Of a stretch of 64,000 nt of DNA, positions 12,482-24,849 are shown one piece after another. Every line of letters starts with the position of its first letter. Positions within the stretch are counted from its first letter, which is position 1. Origin of the DNA: Euprymna scolopes. Its lineage: Eukaryota. Below the pieces are notes generated by a model that worked only from the letters and a program-made list of their open reading frames with translations, was not told where the DNA came from and searched no databases. The DNA is taken from NCBI GenBank assembly GCA_053919585.1, contig CM132786.1, one strand, 5' to 3'. The translations under genes were made by a program, and so were the position numbers.

Positions 12482-13503
12482 ATAGCAATATATATTTCAT
12501 AACTTACTATATATATATATATATATATAATTATATATATATATATATATGCATAGTTTATTTCTGCCCAATGACATTTCCCCTATCAATCGCCGAATAT
12601 TCAGTAATAAAAAATGTTTTTCTAATACTCAAACTGCAATTTAATTATGAAGTGAATCACACACATACAATTACATAAGACTTTCGTACATCTCATCGAC
12701 CTTCCACGTTCCATAGATTTTTTTTAGAAATCCCATTCTTAGCATATATGTGTAGCAATATAAAGGTTTTGTTTAGTTACGAAAAGTACTTGTTTGCTTA
12801 TTGTAGATTTTGTCTTAGACAAGATACGAACCACTTAGATGTAAGAATACACATTATTGAAGCGATGCTGGTTGATTAGTATAGCGTCAGTATTTAAATT
12901 ACTAATACCATATTTATGAGAAAATATTAGCAGAGAGATGTGTGACCGTCTGTCTATTAGAAAAACGCTAAATGTAATATGGCGAAACATTTGAAGGACA
13001 ATAGATGAGGAAATATAGAGAAGCGATTAAAAAATGCTGAGAGAATAATTACGGAAAATTAATCACATAATTCAGAAGAAAAAAAATCATCATTATATGT
13101 ATGAGACTGACACAAGAAACATCACTTCTCTTATAAAATATGATGGGAAGGAAAAGGGAAAGCAAATCAGATTACTTATAAGTTCCCTAATCTTATAGGG
13201 AACCTTTAATATGATAATTTACTATCAGCCGAAATATTACAAATTCAGTCCATACAAGGTCTGATAGTTCCAATAAGAAATGAACTTTCGACCGGCTTCA
13301 TATTGTTTCTTTATGTTTGTACAATACCAAAAACAAATATAAAAAGTATTTTAAACTATCAAAGGTAGCATATTATGATATAGACCGTCTGCTATATAAA
13401 AACTAGAACAACATTTCCATTCGGGAACATAAATCTATTGTATCGTACACTAAAACTTTCTATTAAAATTAATTTTGACATATTGAGGCACTGATTAAAC
13501 AAG

Positions 13504-13564
<61 letters not shown>

Positions 13565-15269
13565 CTTTAATCATATTGACAATGATATAAGCAATAACGG
13601 TAGTGTTTATGTTGAATCAATATAGCGCAAAATCCTGTACCATAGGAAGCTTACACTTAATAGCAAATAGAAAGAAAAACGATAAATAATGGGGGATAAT
13701 CAATAATATTTAAATTTATTACATTATTCATTTTAATTGGTAAATTGATAACAGTTTAACGATCCGTGGGGACAATAAGAGCATGTAAGCATATTCCAAT
13801 ATCGAAAGTGTGTTTTCATCTTTAAAACTAAAGTTGAGTTTACTATATTTCCTTTACGTCTATGGATATATGAAAGATGCGTCTCTGTATGTTCGTATGA
13901 TTTTTTTTACTTGCTAATCCCCAGGTAAACGGAAAAACCGAGATTAAGACGGCAGTCTAACTGGGTACAAAAATATTCATGATCAGCCTCTATGCATTGC
14001 CAAACAGAGAAAGAGAGAGTCCCACGGTTATCAGCAATTACTCAACTGTCCAACAAAGGTTTGTAATGACTAGAATTGGAATTCATCTACGGAAAGAGCT
14101 GGGTTATATCGTATTTTAATAACATAAAGTAAGGCACTGTTTATTCAGCTCCGGTAATGGCGGATTGATTTCAAGAATTCCTCATAGAGTATTCCAATAG
14201 CTAGAATGGAGAATACTTGTATGTTTTAAAATACCGCGGCCTGTAATTGCGTAGAAAAGTTTCCTATTTATGTAGATTGGCATGAAAACATAATACTTAT
14301 CCTTCTATATATTAAGCAAAAGTCTGATTTAGCCTCAACTACACAAATTGGCATACTTTATTATCTTTACATTTTTTTATCGTTATCTGTCACATCGTTC
14401 AGTTAGGCGTATTTCCAGAAATTATACATTCATTTCGTCTCATTTAAATAGTATTATCTTTTCTCGGGATTACGGGGCGTGTCTAGGCACAGCTATTACT
14501 TTTTACTTCCTATAGTTATTGACCACCATCAGTTGTGATACACTATTTCCCTTTTTAATCGAAAGATATATTGGTTTAATCGAATACGTTATTACATTTT
14601 GTATTTCTTAATTAATCTTTCAAAAAACAGCAGCTTTTCAATCTAAGTAATAATCACTCAATTTTTCAATTAAAGAAATTATTATTTGGACACTCCGAAT
14701 ATCCTGCACGCATATATTCTGTAAACATTCTGGGTTATGGATTAACAAAAAACGTGACCGCATTCATTGACTTGTGTAGAAAGAGGAAAGAAGATTAGTG
14801 TTATTTAAATGAATACGCGCGGGTAATAACCAATGTTAACTTAACATAAGTGATTCATAATGACTATAAAGCAAAACATCCCTTTCAACACGTAAGAATA
14901 TATTAGATATTCTGAAAATAACATTTCTTAATAGGGGGGAACGTTCATCGGTTCCATTTCCTTTATTTTTTCTACAATTAATAAGACATATAAAAATATT
15001 TAAGCACTGTTTACAACATAATCTGTGAAAGAGCACGTTCTCGAAGCCAAATTAAATTATTTCAGCCTAAAATGATTTATTTTTTAGCTCAATGAACAAA
15101 ACATTTTTTTGTAAAAATATTCTGCACTGGATATTTGGACAAATATTTAGATATTAATTAAATTATATTTTTAAACAAAAAATAAAAAATAAAAAATTTC
15201 TTTGTTTTATTTGTATTCATAAAAATACCAACTTTTAAGTCATTTACAATATTTTCATATAAAAATTAT

Positions 15270-15288
15270 TGTTATTATTGTTATTCTA

Positions 15289-15320
<32 letters not shown>

Positions 15321-15360
15321 CATTATTATTACTATTATTATTATTACTACTACTATTATT
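15270..15360. repeat. (ATT)n trinucleotide microsatellite
   Basis: ttattattatt... with interruptions. Confidence 0.95.
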
Positions 15361-15517
15361 CAGCGGGAAACCTTGTTATTTAAACAAAATAAAGGATTGT
15401 GTCGGTCTAGAACGATGTATTCTTCAGCAGAACCAATATGATTGGAATTATTCTGCATTAGTTATGTTATACAAACAATATTTTACAATGAACTATTTAA
15501 CAACTTAAAAAAATCGC

Positions 15518-15660
15518 GTGTTTGTGGATTTTTCATTAATGCATTTTAATTTTTCATTCATACGTTTTAATTAACCGAAATACGTCGCATGTTTGTGGAT
15601 TTTTTCATTTATACGTTTTAATTTTTCATTTATACGTTTTAATTAACCGAAATACGTCGC
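15518..15660. repeat. Tandem duplication, 2 x ~72 bp
   Basis: TGTTTGTGGATTTTT...TACGTTTTAATTAACCGAAATACGTCGC repeated at 15518-15588 and 15589-15660. Confidence 0.9.
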
Positions 15661-15819
15661 AAATGTGTTAATAACATTTATTGTATGGACATCACGTTGC
15701 TTTTTCAGAAATACCTTATTTCCCAAATTTTTCTGTAATTTAGCACAATCTGAGTAAGATAAAAAGAACAATTAAAAAAGTTTTAATTCCTGAAAAATAA
15801 TGTGCGCTCTTAGAAACAT

Positions 15820-16202
15820 TATTCGTGACGGATTGCAGAATCTCTGCATTGTGATTTCAATTCCTTATTTCGTTCCACGAGCTTACAGACCTCGGAACGT
15901 CAAACCCCAAGCTCAGCAAGAATTGAAGAAAAATTCAGAGACGAACTAAACGAGTAAAGTCGCAATCACAATGTTCTACAATCTATAATGAATAATATTT
16001 TGGAAAGAGCCCAATTATGCGAAGCTGAAAATGGACATAAAAAAAAACATTATTTTTCATGAAAAAAATTGTTTTAATATTGCAGTTTTTTAAATGTGCC
16101 AATGTATTTTTCATATTTTATTAAGAGTACAGAAAGATATCATCCAAAGTAATAATGTATTCAAGTTTTAAACCATTCAGTTACTTTTTGGACACACTTT
16201 AT
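15820..16202 (+). mobile_element. Tc1/mariner 3' relic (transposase C-terminus + right TIR)
   Basis: ...MLQSIMNNILERAQLCEAENGH resembles a Tc1-like C-terminus. Ends TTTTTGGACACACTTTA, which resembles a ...GGACACCCTG-TA terminus. Confidence 0.5.
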
Positions 16203-17657
16203 ATTTTATTACGTTGTTACAATTTTTGGAGTTTAACATATTTCCAGACGTTCTTTTCTTTTGGAATTAAATAAATTACACATAGATTAGATGTCTTCTC
16301 AACCATTGCAGTATTGCGGACGGTGTATGATAAAAAATATCCATATTAACAATAAAGGGCACGGGTCGGGTCGGATGCATAAATATTAAAATATATAAGT
16401 ATTTCTATTTGTACAAAATATACATAACTCTTTTTTCGCCTAAATTTTTTTAAGTATTTGTTATTTTTCTTATCTAAGTTTATTCAAATAAACTATTATA
16501 TTCTATTTTCAAATTAAAATTGAGTTGGCGATGTATTATTATGTAGTATTATAAGCATGTCATGTCTTGAGTATTTAAACGTTCATCATGGAAAATTGTA
16601 CTAATGAAGTAATAACTTGAGGAAACAATCTATTCGGACGAATTTCTACTCTTTCGTACTAATGTTTCACTATTGAGTTATAATACACGCATTTTTGTGC
16701 AACCTATATGTCCATATTATCAGTAAATATTCCTTGTACTCATTTTAGAGAGTTATAGACACGAACAATATATAACATATATACCTGTTTTTTTTCGTTT
16801 CCGTAATAGTAATATCCCATTCATACACGTGAAATATATGTTCAGTGAAAAGTTAAAATAGTTTAACTGACATAAATTTATAGAAGACACAGTGGCTATC
16901 GGATAGCAATGTAGTGAAATCTAATGCTATTCAAATGTAATATGTATTCATATATTACGAAACAGGAAGTTTAACCCAAAATATTAATAAAACGGATCGG
17001 TATTCATAGGCCGTAAATATTATAACATTTAGAATTACCAAGTACGAATCAAGCTTTGTTATATAATAATAACTGTAAATTAATTAATGGCGAGTTTGAA
17101 TTCTAATTAAACACGTCAGAATAAAAGAAGCACGAATTCTTTATTTTTAAAGTGAGACCCTTTTAAATTGACATTAAAAACAAAACCTTTTAATATATAT
17201 CTGAGACTGTTTAAAATATTTCTGAAATATAGATATTTTCTATCAAGCTTAAAGAAACTTTTTACTATAATTTCATAGTTTTACTTCTGATATTAGAGTA
17301 AATAAGACTAAGTTTTGTAACATTTTCACAATAGTTGTATGAGTTTTACGAGTAAATTTATTTATAATGCAGATAAATATAGTTCAACTCGCTTTAATAT
17401 GCAGAGCATTTCAGAACATTTCAGATAGAGTTGTTGCTGTTTTCATAATAAACATATACTTGAAAGATTTTCAGTGAGTTTAAAATTAATACAGTGTGTT
17501 ATTACACTAATAAACTGTATTCCTATAAACACATTGTATTAAATACATTTTGTATAATAAAAAGTAGTAGACAATACATTAATTATAAAGTTACAGGAAA
17601 CAATTTTCTCATTGGTCCGTAAGGAATTCAGTACCCTAATTAAATAAGGCCTTTTCT

Positions 17658-17734
<77 letters not shown>

Positions 17735-17736
<2 letters not shown>

Positions 17737-18045
17737 CTAACCTGGGTTGAAGTCGTTGGCCGGGTGTTTGGAGGTGTACCTTGAGCAAAAAAAAAGAGTG
17801 ATTGTAGGCAGGCAGGCAGGCTCCAACCCTACCACGCATGGAGGAAAAGAACGTGAAAAAATATGACGTGTTTGTCGTTGCGTCCACCACCTAACCGGAA
17901 TTGGCGGAAATTTAAATTAAGGCTAGTCAAGCGAAAACAGGAGATAACTATTGAAAGTATCGGTGAAAAAAGCGATTCCCCCTTGTAGAAAGTGTTACGT
18001 TGAAGATGAAGAAGTTAAGGTTTTTAGCAAATCCTTCGATATTTG
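17735..18045 (-). mobile_element. Non-autonomous Helitron, 3' fragment (H1)
   Basis: Reverse complement of the 3' ~300 bp of the family, with degenerate CTAG and hairpin at 17736-17765. Abuts (TA)n. Confidence 0.75.
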
Positions 18046-18049
18046 AGCT

Positions 18050-18908
18050 TCAAAGTAAAAGTGTGTGTCATTGCGTGTGTGTGTGTGTCAGTCTGTGTAA
18101 ATATCTATGCACAACAACTCTGTCAATTTCTATCTACAGATCGAAATTTGAGTATGGAGATTTGGGAAAATGTTTGTAATCCGTTTTCGGCCAGGTCACA
18201 AATTTGGCTGTTAAGGGGTCAAAGTTAAAACATTTGACCTTTGAAAACTCTATCAAACTCCTCAACCAATTTAAGGTATACATAATTGACATTTCAGACA
18301 TAGGTTCCTTGGGCATGGATCTAACTTAATAATTTTATTTGAGCCCAAAACAATAAATGTTAAAGGTTCATAATAGGAGTCAAAGTTAAAATAAATTACC
18401 TCTGCGTCTCTACCAAATTACTCAGATAATTTCTGGTATAAACATTTGACATTTTACTTAAAGGGTATTCAGATATAAAGAAAACTGGTTAATCGGTTTT
18501 GGTCGAAAATGTGAACTATATAAATGTCTATATGTATGTTTACATGTCTGCCTAAAAGTTTCGATAGAGGTCAGAGATTTTTACAAAATTAATATTGTCT
18601 TGAAGTTTGACCTTTTAGCCCACGGATACCGAGGAATTGGCTAACAACATTAATATATTAACCTTGAACTGGACACTTTTCTGCAGGGAGGGTCTTTTTT
18701 CGCCGCTATTATTTAGAGTAATTATCTCCTTTCGATTGTCTAGCCTTAATTAAGACCTTCGTAAAATCCAGTTTGGTGGTGGTCGTAACAGCAAAGACGT
18801 CATGTTTATTTCCCGTTCTTATCCTCCTTTGCTGTACGGGTTCGAGCCTGCCTTCCTACTACCACTTTTTTTTTTTACTCAACATACGCCTCCAAACCCC
18901 CTGGATAC
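18050..18908 (+). mobile_element. Non-autonomous Helitron, long form (H2); 3' end lost in gap
   Basis: AAAGT...(TG)n...AACTCTGTCAATT...CATGGATCTAACTTAATAA...CATACGCCTCCAAACCCC; colinear with H3. Confidence 0.8.
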
Positions 18909-19043
18909 NNNNNNNNNNNNNNNNNNNNNNNNNNNNNNNNNNNNNNNNNNNNNNNNNNNNNNNNNNNNNNNNNNNNNNNNNNNNNNNNNNNNNNNNNNNN
19001 NNNNNNNNNNNNNNNNNNNNNNNNNNNNNNNNNNNNNNNNNNN
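18909..19043. other. Assembly gap
   Basis: N run. Confidence 1.
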
Positions 19044-19085
19044 AATAAATGTTTTTGGATAGTTTTAAAGGTTAAAAATTTCAAA

Positions 19086-19129
<44 letters not shown>

Positions 19130-19142
<13 letters not shown>

Positions 19143-19987
19143 TGAACGTGTCTGTGTGTGTGTGTCTGTGTACATTTCCCTTCGCAATAACTCTGCCAAT
19201 TTTTAATCTACAGACTAGAAATTTAATATACAGGGTAGTGAGATTTAGGAACATCGATGTCATCGGGTTTTGGCCAGAAATTTGGCGATTAATGGGTCAA
19301 AGTTCAACGATTTGACCTTTTAGAACACCACCAAACTCCTCCGAGAATTTTGGGTCTACGCAAGCAGTTTAGATATAGGTTTCTTGGACATGGATCTAAC
19401 TTAATAACTTGATTTGAGCCCAAAACAATCAATTTAAAGGGGCCATAATAGAGTACAAAGTTTAAAAAAATGACCTCTGCGGTCTCTTCCAAAATACCCA
19501 TACAATTTCTGGTCTAAATATTTGAAATTCTACATAAAGGGTATTCGGAGAAAGGACAAGCTTTTTCATCAGTTTGGGTCGAAAATTTTTAGTTACCAAT
19601 ATATAAATGTATGTATGTCTGTTGGCATGTCTTCCTTAAAATTTCAATAGAGGCAACGGAGTTTACCAAGATCAGTATCGTTTCAATGTTCGACCTTTCA
19701 TACGACAAATATCAAAAAATTGGCTAAAAACATTAATATCTTCCCCTTAAACTAGGCACTTTTCTACAGGGGAGGAACAATATTTCGCCGATATTTTTTT
19801 AAGTTATTCTCTCCTTGTGATTGGCTAGCCTTAATTTAAAAAAAAATTGTCGCTTCCCGTTTGGTGTTCTTATCCTTCTTACCGTTACGAGTTCGAGCAT
19901 GCCTTCCAACTACCCCCTTTATTTATTTTTTTTTTTTGCTCAGTATACACATCCAAACACCAGGGCACCACCGGGCTGAAATGCTAG
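19130..19987 (+). mobile_element. Non-autonomous Helitron, long form (~860 bp, H3)
   Basis: Starts TATATAAGTGAACGTGTCTGTG. Ends with a GC-rich hairpin remnant (CCAGGGCACCACCGGG) followed by CTGAAATG-CTAG|T. No TSD. Confidence 0.85.
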
Positions 19988-20392
19988 TATATCTATAAAA
20001 GTGAAAGTATCTGTCTGTATGTGTATCTGTGTGTGTACATCTCCCTACGCAATAACTCTGTCAATTTTTAGTCTACAGTCTCGAAATTTGATATACAGAG
20101 TACTAAGATTTTGCAAAATCGATGTGCCAGAAAGTTGGCAATTAAGTCGTCAAATTTCAACGATTTGACCTTTGAGAACTCTACCAAACTTCTCCGACAA
20201 TTTTGGGTATTAACACTTGAGATTTTAGATATAGGTTCATTGAACATGGATCGAACTTAATAACCGAATTCGAGGCCAAAACAGTAAATTTTAAGGGGTC
20301 ATAATAGGGTCAAATTAAAAAAAGAGACGTTTTTATTTGTTTGCTACAACATACATCTCCAAATACCCGGACAAGGCCGGGCAACCATGCTA

Positions 20393-20393
<1 letters not shown>
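19988..20393 (+). mobile_element. Non-autonomous Helitron, short form (~405 bp, H4), head-to-tail with H3
   Basis: TATATCTATAAAAGTGAA...CCCGG-ACAAGG-CCGGG hairpin...CTAG|T(AT)n. Confidence 0.85.
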
Positions 20394-20442
<49 letters not shown>

Positions 20443-21961
20443 CTGAACCTACAATTTCATATATATTTACACATCTCTCTTTATAGATATTAAATTACAA
20501 TAGCATTAAAAAGCCTTCATGATTATTGCAATCGTCAAACTAATATTCTCAAATAATGTAAAAAATTGTGACTGCCAATTATTAATGTTAATCTGTAGCG
20601 TTTGTTTCATTCCTGAGAGAAACAGACCATAATTGTTGTTTGTTTATCAGTTATAATTGAATAGAAAATAATTAATATTATTTGATTTATGCGAAGTACT
20701 GTTCTATTTTATAAAATCTATGGATTATCAGGCATTAGTTCTATAAAGTAATCAGCTCTAACCGATAGTCGTCTAGAAGCGATACTAAAACATGATTGCG
20801 CATTAATGACGATATATGACGAATCGAGTGCACTATTACCTACCGATATCCCGTACAGATTTCTATACTGTATACATATTTCCCATTTGCCGAAACGTAT
20901 GTGTACAAGGTCAGAGATTATATCGCTGGAAATGTTATAAAAATGACATTGAAGATTAAAATTATAGTCCGAAAAATTTAAATAACAGTTTTAAACACTC
21001 AAATGATATACATTTAAAATTACCTCAACCCGAGAATTAATTATAAAACGTGGCATATAAACGAATCGTTTACGTGTCTCGTGTCTCGTAATAAATAAGT
21101 CCACGAAAAAAGTGATTGCTGTCAGGCTGATGACATTTTTTTCCTAATTCGTGAAGCCAATCCGCTTCGTTTAGAAGATAAGAGGAAGTCATTAATGTTA
21201 ATGCGATAAAAGCATCGTGTCAATCTAGGTTTAACGGAAACCGAAAGAGGTTAGTTGTAATTAGAATTGACTTGTTTAACAGCTGTCTATCGTCGCATTA
21301 AACAACACCTGCGATGCCATATGGGGGACACACATGACTACACAGAAGTTTTCTCTGGAATTATGAAAATAGTAAACCCGGGAGATGAGATGCAAACGAA
21401 AGAGGGAGAAAAGATAGTGGGAATATCCAATAAGCTGCAAAGAGCGAGATAGCATAAATAAGAAAAGAATAAAAATCTACATACAAGGGAACACAGCACA
21501 CACACACACACATACACACACAGACATAGACACACACACAGACACACACATATATAGATAGATAGATAGAAAGAGATAAATAGAGAGAGAGGGGGGCAGA
21601 CAGGCAGAGAAGTATAATTGTATTCGAAACTGGCAAGAAGGTACTAACATGTAGAATGATAGTCAGAAACTCAAACGTCCTGTGTAAACGTTCTTTACTC
21701 GGACTAATCCTGTAAATGTGGCAAGTTGAATATAAAAGACATTAAGTAAAATACCTCGATGGACGCATGAGAAAAACATGTGTGTGCGTGTTTACGTATG
21801 TTTGCTTATCTGTAAAAGAGCGCAGTGCATGGAATTATATGCTAAAGATAAGCTGTGTGCGAAGTGACGTCACAGCGAGGCAGAAAGAAACAGCTATTAA
21901 AAGAAAAATGTGTGCATGTTGTTTTCGGGAAAGTACCCGGAAATAAATACCGTTGTTTCAT

Positions 21962-22176
21962 NNNNNNNNNNNNNNNNNNNNNNNNNNNNNNNNNNNNNNN
22001 NNNNNNNNNNNNNNNNNNNNNNNNNNNNNNNNNNNNNNNNNNNNNNNNNNNNNNNNNNNNNNNNNNNNNNNNNNNNNNNNNNNNNNNNNNNNNNNNNNNN
22101 NNNNNNNNNNNNNNNNNNNNNNNNNNNNNNNNNNNNNNNNNNNNNNNNNNNNNNNNNNNNNNNNNNNNNNNNNNNN
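21962..22176. other. Assembly gap
   Basis: N run. Confidence 1.
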
Positions 22177-22207
22177 TTATTTAGTCAAAACTGTCTGTGT
22201 TTACACG

Positions 22208-22295
<88 letters not shown>

Positions 22296-23225
22296 ACTTG
22301 TAGTTGATAAATAATAGTCAATTGTATAGTCCAATTGATTGTTTTAAAGTAGTATCCTCTTGTGTAGAGCTCATGATTACATTTAATCATATAAACCTTC
22401 TAAATACTATCAGTAGATCAATCAACATTGCAACATTTTCAAAGTCTAGTATTGCATAAATCTATACCGCAGTCAGGGAACCATTATTTGTAATTTTTTG
22501 AGCATTCAGTCGAGAATACGAAGAGAAGAAGGAGGAATTTTATTTATACGATATGTTTGATGAACACAAAGTTAACACTTGTAACCCAACGACGATCATC
22601 CGGACTAAAGTATATGTTTCGCGCATACGCTTTGTGGTCGAACCCTTCTCTCTCACAACCACACAGAAGTGTATGTATAGTCGACCATGAATGCAGTCGA
22701 CACTACATTTTACAACACTTGTATATAAATAATTACCTAAGCTAGTCAAACATAGAAAAGCTGGTAGTTTTATTGTAATTATGATTAGATAATTTGAATA
22801 TAATTTCTACGGTTTGTATATTTACGTTAAATGCATTTCCAATTATTATATTTAATATTTCTTATTATTTTTGGTAAAAATATATAGGTGTTCTATAATC
22901 TTACACAGACGGGGAGAGTCTTAATTAAAGAACGATGCTTAAACGTCAGGATCCGAGGATTGCATATATAGAATGTCATGTAATTTGAATTCAATTAGAA
23001 TTTAAAATATAACATCATTATACATGACTAGTAATAAGACTATGACTGTTGTTCTGTATATTTGTTTTTCGTAAAACTGCAAGTTAATTAAACACTAAAT
23101 AACATATTATTTTTGGTTCGGCATAATAATACCACTCATGTTTTTTAATAGACTTTAATAGAAATTGTATATTTTGCTCCGTTATATGAACTGGAAATAA
23201 AACTGTTCTTTCCAAATAGGCATTA

Positions 23226-24095
23226 CTAGCATGGGTGATTGGCGTTGCCGGGATGCTTGGAGGTGTGTGTTGAGCAAAAAAAAAAAACGGTACTAGAAAT
23301 GCAGGCTAGAACCCGTACCGCGAAGGAGGAAAAGAACGGGAAAAACGTGTCTTCAGTAGTGTTACGAACACCGCCAAAACGGAAGAGACGTAGGTTTTAA
23401 TTAAGCTAGACAATCGAAAAGAGGGGCTGGCTTTCGAAAATATCGGTGAAAAAGTGCCCAACTGAGGGTGGAGTAATTAATGTTTTAGCCAATTTTTCCG
23501 ATATTTGTCGTCTGAAGGGTCGACCTTCAAAATGATGCTGCTCTTTTGAAACTCTGTCGCCTTTGTCGAAACTTTTAGGCAGACATACATACATTTATAT
23601 ATTGATAGCTCCAATTATCGCCACAAACCGATTAACAAGATCGTCCTATCTCTTAGTACCCTTTATGTAAATTGTCAAATGTTTAGACCAGAAATTGTCT
23701 GAGTAATTTGGTAGAGACGCACAGGTCAATTTTTTTAAACTTTGCACCTATTTTCACTCCTTAAGATTTATTTTTTGAGCTCTAATCAAGTTATTACGTT
23801 AGATACATATCCAAGAAACCTACATCTAAAATTTCAATTGTCTATGCCCAAAATTGGCGGAGGAGTTTGATAGAGTTCTCAAAGTTCAACCATTTGACCT
23901 TAACAGCCAAATTTCTGTACGAAACGGATTTTAAACATTTTCCCAGATCTGCATACCCTGTATATTAAATTTCGAGTATTTAGACTGAAATTTGACAGAG
24001 TTATTGTATAGGGAAATGTACACAGAAGAACAGACACCCACACACACCCACACACACGGAGAAACACTTTAACTTTTCTGGATATATAGATATAG
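23226..24095 (-). mobile_element. Non-autonomous Helitron, long form (H5)
   Basis: A|CTAG at 23226, then GGCGTTGCCGGG. Reverse-complement colinear with H3. The 5' end is TCTATATCTATATAT. Confidence 0.85.
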
Positions 24096-24174
24096 AAAAC
24101 TCGTAAACTTATATGTTGGCGTTCCTACACATCATAGAACGTTTATATCTACACATACATACATACATATCCGG

Positions 24175-24632
24175 CCCGCGTATACCCCAAAATGTTTTCG
24201 TATAATCAGGGAGAGGCTGGTGAGATTTTATCGTCTTGTTCACAGGTGGGAAACCGAATCGTATGATCGCAAGCAATGCAGGACACGGAAATAAGGCACA
24301 GAACACTCTGAAGCAGCTAAGATAGACTGAGGTAACCTCAATAGAAAATGTAGGAAACGTCAAACCTTACCACACAATCCTGATGGGCTTTGAATTTGTG
24401 AGATGGGTGAGCCAGCACTGTTGGTCAAGGTAGGTCTCGTTAATCACATTAAAGCGCATGATGACTCTGGTTCCGTTGTTATTGCTTTCATCCAAACCAA
24501 TGACCGTCTTCAGTGCCATGTCTGCTGTAAGGTGTGTAAGTCGCTGCCAGGATGGAAAAGTCATCTTCAGGCACATAGAATTTCAGTGAGTGAGGGTGTG
24601 GCATTCGTCTTACAAGACATCGCAATAATCAT
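24175..24632 (+). mobile_element. RTE-clade LINE 3' fragment with C-terminal C2H2-like zinc finger
   Basis: RIPQ..., WETESYDRKQCRT, KVGLVNHIKAH...LQCHVCCKVCKSLPGWKSHLQAH. The 3' tail GAGGGTGTGGCATTCGTC...GCAATAATCAT is shared with ~45910-45968. Confidence 0.7.
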
Positions 24633-24849
24633 ATATTTAGATAATGAATTATCAAGTACATTTAATTAAGCCGTTGGTCATTTAAATTGTACGCAGATGT
24701 TGCAAATAAAACAACGTTTTCGAATAAAGGATGTGTGTCTACCTCTCCTAAAAGACTGGATTATAATAAATAGTTATTCTGTTCATCTATTAGCAATATA
24801 ACGGACTATGCATATGCATATTTATTTCATTTATACGTTAAATGATTAC

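Larger units (their letters stand above)
12344..12509. repeat. Long palindrome (inverted pair of Penelope-type pLTR fragments)
   Basis: 37-bp perfect arms TACACTGAATATTCCGCGTTTCATCCACTCTAGGACT (12377-12413) / AGTCCTAGAGTGGATGAAACGCGGAATATTCAGTGTA (12440-12476). Axis TGCGCA at 12423-12428. Diverged outer arms extend ~33 bp further. Confidence 0.9.

Noticed and set aside
13392-13574. YIYIYI-type ORFs here and at other (TA)n tracts, and X-filled ORFs across gaps
   Set aside because: Microsatellite or N-gap artefacts
15518-15660. Repeat array as CRISPR
   Set aside because: Two adjacent copies without spacers, in eukaryotic context, with no cas genes
21080-21350. E-box cluster (CAGCTG, CACCTG, CATATG) as an enhancer
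   Set aside because: Hexamers occur by chance; no independent support
24403-24669. C2H2 zinc-finger ORF as a host gene
   Set aside because: Embedded in an RTE 3' fragment whose tail recurs at ~45835-45968
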